A program made the position numbers and the translations under genes. A DNA stretch of 64,000 nucleotides from a virus (lineage: Duplodnaviria > Heunggongvirae > Uroviricota > Caudoviricetes), in the IMG/VR virus record IMGVR_UViG_2703718817_000003. One strand, 5' to 3'. The notes below the pieces were generated by a model. It was not told where the DNA came from. It worked only from the letters and a program-made list of their open reading frames with translations, and searched no databases. Each line of letters starts with the position of its first letter. The first letter of the stretch is position 1. This document shows, piece after piece, positions 57,441-64,000 of the stretch.

Positions 57441-58720
57441 TTCTCAGGCCGCAACCGTCTGTTCGACGGATTTACGCTGGCCTCCATGGACAGAAACGAC
57501 GAGTCCCGCCGCCTTTAGTTCCAGTATTCCTTTTTGCCGGATGTTGAGTGCCGCATTGATATCGCGGTCATGCTCTGCTCCACATTCAGGGCATCGCCAG
57601 ATGCGTTTATGAAGAGGCATTTCCGGCATCCTGTAACCACAACAATGGCAGTTTTTCGAACTGGCAAACCACTGGTCGAGTTTTACCAGGTGAACGCCTT
57701 TTTCTGCAGCCTTGTACTCCAGCTTTGTGATGAAGCTGTGCCAGCCTGCATCACCTATCGCTCTTGCCAGATTGTGGTTTTTCATCATGTTGGCTGTTTT
57801 CAGCGTCTCCACAATTACCGCTTGGTTTTCGTCAACAATTGCACGAGAGAGCTTGTGTTGAAAATCAGCACGGGCATTAGCCACCCGTTCGTGTAAGGCC
57901 GCAAGACGGATTCTGGCCTTTTTACGATTCGCGCTTCCCTTTTGCTTACGGGATAATGCTTTTTGTTTGCGTCGCAGATTACGACCTGCATTGATGAGAT
58001 GGCGAGGATTCGGAACTTTTACAGCATCAGAAGTGATGGCATAGTGCTCCAGTCCCATATCCAGACCTGTAATCTTTTCTTCCTTCAGGTACGTGGGTTT
58101 CTCTGGTGCGGAAGCGCCATCGTCACAAAGAATGGAAGCGTAGTATTTCCCCGTTGCAGAACGGGTGACAGTGATGCTTTTCAGCTTTCCATGAAGTTCA
58201 CGATGAAGGCGTGCTTCTATCGGGGCCAGTTTGGGGATTTTGATGGCATTATCCAGCACCTTAATCCCGACACAGTGATAGCTCGATTGTTTTCCGCGTT
58301 TGCGTTTAAACGTCGGGAACCGGGCTTTCAGCTTCGGATTAAAAAAGTTGGAAAACGCCACATCAAGATTGATTACCGCCTGTTGCAATGCCATTGAATC
58401 AAATTCTTTAAGCCAGGCATATCTGCGGGACTTCTTCGCCACAGACAACAACGGCTTTAAATCTTTACGCGGACTTAAATTCACTCCGTGTCGCTGGTAA
58501 GCGTGTTTTTTGATGTGAAGAGCTTTGTTGTACGCAAAACGCACTGCACCGAACTGAGCATTGAGATACTCAGCCTGTTCAGTGGTTGGATAGATGCGTA
58601 CTTTTGTTGCTCTTAACATAGTCACGGCTCATTGATACAGGTTTTTATGCTAACACCGTAATAATATTTTTAAAGCCCTTCGAGCTTTTCCGCCTTTCCT
58701 CCCCGCCCGCATTGGGCGAG
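57415..58720 (-). mobile_element. IS605/IS1341-group tnpB-only element (ends approximate)
   Basis: tnpB with no adjacent tnpA; element ends not defined from sequence alone. Confidence 0.45.
57444..58625 (-). CDS. tnpB: IS605-family TnpB (OrfB) RNA-guided nuclease-type transposase accessory protein
   Basis: 393 aa; N-terminal KVRIYPTTEQAEYLN..RFAYNKAL, central GLDMG, C-terminal CHCCGYR...CPECGAEHDRDINAALNI zinc finger. Confidence 0.85.
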   Translation of the reverse strand: MTMLRATKVRIYPTTEQAEYLNAQFGAVRFAYNKALHIKKHAYQRHGVNLSPRKDLKPLLSVAKKSRRYAWLKEFDSMALQQAVINLDVAFSNFFNPKLKARFPTFKRKRGKQSSYHCVGIKVLDNAIKIPKLAPIEARLHRELHGKLKSITVTRSATGKYYASILCDDGASAPEKPTYLKEEKITGLDMGLEHYAITSDAVKVPNPRHLINAGRNLRRKQKALSRKQKGSANRKKARIRLAALHERVANARADFQHKLSRAIVDENQAVIVETLKTANMMKNHNLARAIGDAGWHSFITKLEYKAAEKGVHLVKLDQWFASSKNCHCCGYRMPEMPLHKRIWRCPECGAEHDRDINAALNIRQKGILELKAAGLVVSVHGGQRKSVEQTVAA

Positions 58721-58883
58721 GGTTCTCGGCGGTTGTTTGCTGAATACTTCACAAGTTTCCTTATGCGATTTATCCATCGTGGGCGATAAGAATAGCAACA
58801 CAAAAGATGTAAAACACAACAAAAATGTTTATAAACATAACTTTTGTGTTTAGTGATTGCGTTTTTGGAAAAGCATTTCCGCA

Positions 58884-58958
58884 TATGAAAAAAAACATAA
58901 ATGATGAAAAAAACATCAATAAATGGTGAAAACAACGAAAAATTACTGATGAAATCAC
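58884..58958 (+). repeat. four direct (T/G)RTGAAAA repeats in AT-rich region upstream of portal-like gene
   Basis: TATGAAAAAAAACAT, GATGAAAAAAACAT, GGTGAAAACAAC, GATGAAATCAC at ~20-bp intervals. Confidence 0.35.
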
Positions 58959-59004
58959 ACACTGGATAAGCTGCCACGAAATCGGAAACCTTTTGCGGTG
59001 AATC

Positions 59005-60690
59005 ATGGCAACGAAAGACAAAAACAAGGGCTTTCTGTCGGCATTGAAGAAAGCCTTCAGCGGTGGTGATGTTACGCCTGCCGATCCGGTCGTATTTGCG
59101 AGCGGGCATAGCGTCGTTGCTCGTTCTGGCCTGTCCGCCTTGCGTCCTGGCATCCTGGGGAGCAATAGCGATGGCATGACAAGCGCGGCGGATACTGTAT
59201 CTATATCGGCAGAATTACCGAGTGACCGCCTGCAAAAATACAACATACTGGAGACGATGGCGAAAAGTCCGACTATCTCCACAGCATTAAACATTCACAT
59301 TGCGCATTCTCTGGCTCCATCAAAAAAAACAGGCCTCGCATTTATTCTCTCTCCGAAAAATGGGGCGGATAAGGAGGCTGTAAGTCGATGTGAGGAATTG
59401 ACCGCTGATTTAAGCTCAATGATTAATGATGGCCTGCCATCGTGGGCCATGATCATGGCTATTTTCGGTGTGTCGTATATCCGTCCATATGCAGAGCAAG
59501 GGAAGGGGATAACTGGAATTGAGTCGAGCTATTACACGCTCCCTCATTTCGTTCAGGAGTTTTATCGCGGTAGCCAACTTGTCGGATTCAGCGGTGATTA
59601 TATTCTGGATACGCATACTTTGCGCAGAGTTATAACCGAACCGTGGAATCTGGTTTCCATGAAAAACCCGTACTGGATGCCTCAGCATAAAGTAATGCCA
59701 GTAACTTACGGCACTAACGGCTATTCCTTGCTTAGTGAACAGCAGGACAAGCCGTTAATGGAGACGCAGAACTACGGTACGTCGTTTCTTGAATACAGTT
59801 ATGAACCCTACCTGAATTTATGTGCCGCGCTTGCTGCGCTGAAAGCAACGCGAAACAACGCTGCAAAAATTGATCGCCTGATTGCACTCACAACGAACAC
59901 GATAGATCCGGTAAACGCGGCGAATTATACGCGCGGGGTCAGCCAGGCACTGAAGCGTCATAGCGACCTCGTAGCGCAACGGTCGATTAATTCTAATGCT
60001 CTCCCATCTGTACTTAACCATCTGATACCCGTCATGGGGGATGGGAAGAACGGGATCACCATTGATACGCAATCTATACCCGCAGATATCAGTGGTATCG
60101 AAGACGTTATGTTTCATCTCCGACAGCTCGCGGCAAGCCTCGGTATTGACGCAACAATGCTTGGCTGGGCTGATCAGATGAGTGGTGGACTTGGAGAAGG
60201 CGGTTGGCAGCAAACAGCTATCCAGGCCGCCTTACGCGCGAACTGGATCAGACAGGCCGCCCAGCGGACTATTTATCGGCTTCATGACATTCACCTCGCT
60301 TATAAATACGGGAAGGTTTACACCGAAAAAAACCGTCCTTATGACGTGCAATTCAACTCAATGAACACAGCTATCCAGGAAGAGGAAAACCGAGAGCTGG
60401 ATGCGCGCGCCAACTTCGTAGCTGTCATCTCGCAAATAATGGACCAGATCCAGAACAACCCGAAACTGGCGGGTAGCGACGCGTTTATGCGTTATCTGTT
60501 CACCGAACAGCTTCGTATCGACGATGACACTCTCAACGTAATGATCAAAGAGTTTAAGGCGAATGAATCAGAGCAAAACAACGAGCATGGTATGTACGAA
60601 TCCGCGCCGTTGTCGTCCGGTGACGATCCGGAAAACTGGACGCAAGAACAATTAATCAACTTTGCAAAATTTGTGATGAGCAATAATTAA
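59005..60690 (+). CDS. putative portal protein
   Basis: 561 aa followed by protease/scaffold-like gene; assignment by size and gene order. Confidence 0.35.
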   Translation: MATKDKNKGFLSALKKAFSGGDVTPADPVVFASGHSVVARSGLSALRPGILGSNSDGMTSAADTVSISAELPSDRLQKYNILETMAKSPTISTALNIHIAHSLAPSKKTGLAFILSPKNGADKEAVSRCEELTADLSSMINDGLPSWAMIMAIFGVSYIRPYAEQGKGITGIESSYYTLPHFVQEFYRGSQLVGFSGDYILDTHTLRRVITEPWNLVSMKNPYWMPQHKVMPVTYGTNGYSLLSEQQDKPLMETQNYGTSFLEYSYEPYLNLCAALAALKATRNNAAKIDRLIALTTNTIDPVNAANYTRGVSQALKRHSDLVAQRSINSNALPSVLNHLIPVMGDGKNGITIDTQSIPADISGIEDVMFHLRQLAASLGIDATMLGWADQMSGGLGEGGWQQTAIQAALRANWIRQAAQRTIYRLHDIHLAYKYGKVYTEKNRPYDVQFNSMNTAIQEEENRELDARANFVAVISQIMDQIQNNPKLAGSDAFMRYLFTEQLRIDDDTLNVMIKEFKANESEQNNEHGMYESAPLSSGDDPENWTQEQLINFAKFVMSNN

Positions 60691-60703
60691 CCGGAGGGAA
60701 ATA

Positions 60704-61702
60704 ATGCAATCACTGAATACCGTTACGGATCGCTTCTCCCTGGTAGAGAAAATCCGCAAACACACACCTCAGAACAATCGCAATTACGTTATCCAGTCGG
60801 TACGAGACACATTCAACTCGCCAGAAACAAAAGAGCGTATCGCACTGGGTGAGATGTATGGTTATTACGGTCATGGTCGCCGGGCGATGCACTATAACAA
60901 AACGAAAAGCCTGGACTTGCCGGAAGTCTCTGTTGTGATGGTAGATGGGAAGCCTGTTGTATTGGAGAACGTGCCGTCAAACAGGACTATCGACATTTCA
61001 ATTGACGACAACGGCATTGTTACCCATACACAGGAAATACTGGATACGGACACCGGACGTATTGTTCAGGGTATGATTAATTCTGGCGCAGGTGGTTGGT
61101 CATGGGCTACATCTGGTCCAGATTACTCTGTATCCCTGGTAAAGTCTTTTCACGGTTTTGATTACGTAACTGTGCCTAACTATATCAGCCTCGACAAGAA
61201 AAGCCTGATGCTTGAATCAGCAGAAGAACGCGACGCGGCGATTCATGCGGCACTTATCGAACAAGGTTTTACCGATAATGCTGCTACGGATCTGGTTCAC
61301 CACTTTTCAGCAATGAAGAGTCAGCAAGCCATATTCGAATCAGCACAACGTGAAGTTCTGGAGTCGGAACTGATACATCTTGAAGTGGAAAATATGCAGC
61401 TTCGCGACAAACTACGCGACCAGGCCGCGATGATGGAAAGCCAGGGGGAGAACGCGAAGAAATGCCGCCGTATTTTGCGTGATGCTATCCAGGAAATGCC
61501 TGTTTTTATCAGCGCAGAACAGCGCCGGGCGCTCTGCCGTATGCAGTCAGAGGATGATGCACGCATTGTCGCAGCGATGCTTGAATCCCTGGGGGCTAAT
61601 GCCACTTATGGTCTGCCAATATCAGCCAATAAACAACAAGAAATACCGGTGAAAGAGAACAAGACGGTGACTCCGCTGATCTTTGTGTCTAAGAGGATGT
61701 GA
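60704..61702 (+). CDS. putative head maturation protease / scaffold protein
   Basis: 332 aa with C-terminal coiled-coil region; position after portal-like gene. Confidence 0.35.
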   Translation: MQSLNTVTDRFSLVEKIRKHTPQNNRNYVIQSVRDTFNSPETKERIALGEMYGYYGHGRRAMHYNKTKSLDLPEVSVVMVDGKPVVLENVPSNRTIDISIDDNGIVTHTQEILDTDTGRIVQGMINSGAGGWSWATSGPDYSVSLVKSFHGFDYVTVPNYISLDKKSLMLESAEERDAAIHAALIEQGFTDNAATDLVHHFSAMKSQQAIFESAQREVLESELIHLEVENMQLRDKLRDQAAMMESQGENAKKCRRILRDAIQEMPVFISAEQRRALCRMQSEDDARIVAAMLESLGANATYGLPISANKQQEIPVKENKTVTPLIFVSKRM

Positions 61703-61818
61703 GCTAAAAGCTAGCTTAATTTTCTAACACAGTGTGTTTTTATACACTGTTGATCCGATGGCGCGTGATCGAGTAGGATCGCGGTCACTGCTCCGGTAGC
61801 GACTGCCAAAAAAGCAAA

Positions 61819-61840
61819 AGCCGCTGAGAAGCGGCTTTTG
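61819..61840 (+). terminator. Rho-independent terminator
   Basis: AGCCGC-TGAGAA-GCGGCT hairpin followed by TTTTG, preceded by A-run. Confidence 0.6.
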
Positions 61841-61842
61841 GG

Positions 61843-61870
61843 TGTATAAATCTCCGGACATAGATTTATA
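61843..61870. promoter_or_regulatory. perfect 10-bp inverted repeat (GTATAAATCT-N8-AGATTTATAC) upstream of 61901 gene
   Basis: Seen directly; followed by second imperfect IR TAGATAG..CTATCT. Confidence 0.45.
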
Positions 61871-61900
61871 CGGTAGATAGATTTTTCACGGTACTATCTG

Positions 61901-62860
61901 GTGAGTATTTTAAATTCAGTTTCAGTAACTTTCAACACTTCTGAGTATAAAAACAACACTGAATACCACAAAAAAATCAAAGGTCATCAGTTGAGTTTTT
62001 TTGCTCGTCATAGCGGTTTTCTTTCCCCTTCACATAGCGCCATTATTGCCGAGTTCGCCAACCTGGCAGGAGCTACCGATGAATACATGATCCGTCGCTC
62101 ATATGCTGATATGTCCGAGATTACAGGACGCAGTATTTCTACTGTGCGCCGGGCATTTACCGAAGCGACGAAGTGCGGAATGCTTGTTAAGCAGCATCAG
62201 GTAGCGAATAACAATGCTCAGGTGTGTAACGTGTACCGGTTTACAACACAATTTCTCCACTTCATTCATGTAGCAATGGAGATAGGGAGTAAGCAGGGCA
62301 TCAAATTTGCCAACGCCACAAAACTGGTTAAGCAGTTGATTTCAAAGGTTCGTTATTTTTTTGAAACTGGGAACCCCCTGTTCAAATTGAACAAGTCCCC
62401 CCATGTTCAAAATGAACAGCCAATAGAAAATAAGAGTCACTCTATAGCCAAAAGAAGAGAAAGATCATGCGCGGTTCAGCCAAAGGCTTCACCAGCAGAT
62501 AGTTCTCAAGCGGATAATGGCTTGCTGGATAAAAAAACAGTAATCAGGGAAGAACTTACCAACCACTGCCTGGCGGCAGCAAAAGCGAGAGCTGCAAAGC
62601 GTCGTTCAGACGAGGGGTACGCAAAACGGCAGGCTCTGTATCGTACCGCTGAAAAACTGGCAAAAAAATTTGCATGGTTACGTAGTGCTACCACAGTGAA
62701 TAAGCCCAAACGATCCAGCGCCCTGGATTTCTCTATGGATTATTCTGCTTCCCAGGGATGTGCAACCATCAATGAAGCATTTGACCTGATGAAACAGCGT
62801 GGCTATCGGTCTGAATTTGACCGGGAAGACTGGTCAATTCCGGAGGGCTTTCGGGGATGA
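61901..62860 (+). CDS. HTH DNA-binding protein (candidate regulator or replication-associated protein)
   Basis: HTH-like segment MSEITGRSISTVRRAFTEATKCGML; start uncertain (GTG 61901, TTG 61991 or ATG 62084). Confidence 0.45.
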   Translation: MSILNSVSVTFNTSEYKNNTEYHKKIKGHQLSFFARHSGFLSPSHSAIIAEFANLAGATDEYMIRRSYADMSEITGRSISTVRRAFTEATKCGMLVKQHQVANNNAQVCNVYRFTTQFLHFIHVAMEIGSKQGIKFANATKLVKQLISKVRYFFETGNPLFKLNKSPHVQNEQPIENKSHSIAKRRERSCAVQPKASPADSSQADNGLLDKKTVIREELTNHCLAAAKARAAKRRSDEGYAKRQALYRTAEKLAKKFAWLRSATTVNKPKRSSALDFSMDYSASQGCATINEAFDLMKQRGYRSEFDREDWSIPEGFRG

Positions 62861-62916
62861 TGTTGCGATTGACTGTACAATAACCGTGCGGCGGGAATTT
62901 CATCGCTCGAAAATGT

Positions 62917-62946
62917 ATGTTAGAAAATTAAATTGATGTTTCTAAT
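62917..62946. promoter_or_regulatory. palindromic operator-like site upstream of second immI module
   Basis: ATGTTAGAAAATTAAATTGATGTTTCTAAT; further half-site TCTTTCTAATG at 63005-63015. Confidence 0.5.
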
Positions 62947-63139
62947 CAAGAATGTATGATTTATATCGTCACTAAAAAACAGCATCTGATAAAAATTCTG
63001 TTGATCTTTCTAATGTTCAGGCTTATATTCATGCCGTCGTAGCAAATTCTGCGACCGGGTTTAGCAGCCTGAATGTTAGTGCGGACAACCGCAGATATCC
63101 GATATTGCGGTATTTTTGTGTCCGTAAAACCGCGTTACG

Positions 63140-63225
63140 CCCAAATTATGGTGGGGCGTGATGGGGAGGCTTCGGCCTGCTGGTTTCACTAACGCCAGTC
63201 TGCTAACCCCGTCACGTCCTGCCAC
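63140..63225 (+). ncRNA. c4-like antisense RNA of immI-type module (copy 2, different specificity)
   Basis: b' TTCACTAAC (63185-63193) and a' CTGCTAA (63200-63206) complementary to b2 GTTAGTGAG (63260-63268, includes SD) and a2 TTAGCAG (63230-63236); a1/b1 copies at 63061-63081; boundaries approximate. Confidence 0.45.
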
Positions 63226-63276
63226 CTGTTTAGCAGCGGGTAGCAGGTTGTTAAACCTGTTAGTGAGGCCGTAACT

Positions 63277-63501
63277 ATGGTTAATGCCAATCCTTGCTCA
63301 CGTCCAGAATTCATCTGGCGTTTTCACTCCCTGCAAAAACACTGCGATCACTTCGCAATTGCCGCAACTGAAAAAGAAGCCCGTTCTCTGATCCCGGATC
63401 AGTATGGCGTTCTCACTGGTCGTTTCTCTACTTCCCCACAACCAAACACCAATCCCTGGTATCGCAATATTACCAATCCCGGCATTGTGGAGGCTCACTG
63501 A
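63277..63501 (+). CDS. Icd-like small protein (immI module copy 2)
   Basis: 74 aa paralog of 12386..12601 (PEFIWRFHSLQKH...); stop overlaps rha start. Confidence 0.6.
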   Translation: MVNANPCSRPEFIWRFHSLQKHCDHFAIAATEKEARSLIPDQYGVLTGRFSTSPQPNTNPWYRNITNPGIVEAH

Positions 63502-63986
63502 TGGATATCTGCATTCTCGAAAAGCCATCAATGACAAGCATTGAGATCGCGGAGCTGGTGGGAAAACGTCATGACAATGTGAAACGCACTATTGAGACAT
63601 TAGCCAAAGGTGGCGTTATTGTTCGTCCTCAAATTGAGGTTTTCGAAAAAATCAATAACTTAGGACTACGACGTAGTGTTGAGGCTTACGTCTTCGAAGG
63701 CGAGCAAGGCAAGCGCGATAGCATTATCGTCGTCGCGCAGCTCTCTCCCGAATTCACCGCCCGGCTGGTGGACCGCTGGCGCGAACTGGAAGAACAAGTA
63801 CGCCAGCCGTTGACCGAAATAGAGATGATCGCTGCAATGGCTGCAAATGCAGTTCAGCAGCAAAAGCGGCTTCATGTTGTTGAGTCAAAGGTTAGCCAGG
63901 TTGCTGAAACCGTCGAGCAGATCAAGAAAGGCAATATTCCGGAAGGCTACATTGGCTATCGCCAGTTGGCGGCAAATGCGGCCTGA
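63501..63986 (+). CDS. Rha-family protein, copy 2, apparently frameshifted/truncated
   Basis: N-terminal 150 aa paralogous to 12601..13542; 1-nt deletion relative to copy 1 near 63975 (GCGGCAAATGC vs GCGGCGAAATGC) gives stop at 63986. Confidence 0.55.
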   Translation: MDICILEKPSMTSIEIAELVGKRHDNVKRTIETLAKGGVIVRPQIEVFEKINNLGLRRSVEAYVFEGEQGKRDSIIVVAQLSPEFTARLVDRWRELEEQVRQPLTEIEMIAAMAANAVQQQKRLHVVESKVSQVAETVEQIKKGNIPEGYIGYRQLAANAA

Positions 63987-64000
63987 CTGAAGCCAAATGC

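Noticed and set aside
1-64000. CRISPR array, integrase or attachment site
   Set aside because: No regularly spaced identical short repeats with unique spacers, no tyrosine/serine recombinase signature and no obvious att duplication seen; consistent with an extrachromosomal prophage.

Overview
The window reads as one contiguous, accessory-rich segment of a temperate phage-plasmid from an enterobacterial host, with P1/P2-like gene order. All calls rest on reading the sequence and the supplied ORF translations against remembered family signatures; no database search was run, so product names are family-level and the P1-like labels are inferences from synteny and size. Content in order: (i) a complete IS2 with 5-bp target duplication interrupting a phage gene (1-1887); (ii) a long leftward early operon (1.9-10.9 kb) with five Ea22-like paralogs, a lambda-type Ser/Thr phosphatase, DUF968- and ASCH-like proteins and a ClpX zinc-finger-like protein; (iii) a Ref-like HNH protein and a P1 immI-type module (c4-like antisense RNA, icd-like, Rha antirepressor), with a second heterologous copy at 63.1-64 kb; (iv) a cargo island (13.6-19.3 kb) with secreted proteins, higBA and unknown genes; (v) baseplate hub/spike-like genes, rdgC, a C5-methyltransferase-like gene and dam; (vi) two partition systems (ParA/RHH type and ParMRC) and a RepE-type iteron replicon; (vii) spanins, holin, head, sheath, baseplate W-J-I, a repeat-rich tail fibre with Tfa, a dar-like operon, hicAB abutted by an IS605-family tnpB, and portal/protease-like genes. 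The most unusual signals are the two immI modules with different antisense specificities, a palindromic operator motif dispersed over at least eight promoter regions, an A_AAA_AAG slippery site at the end of the putative head gene leading into a split Ig-like domain, and the uncharacterised cargo between 13.6 and 19.3 kb.
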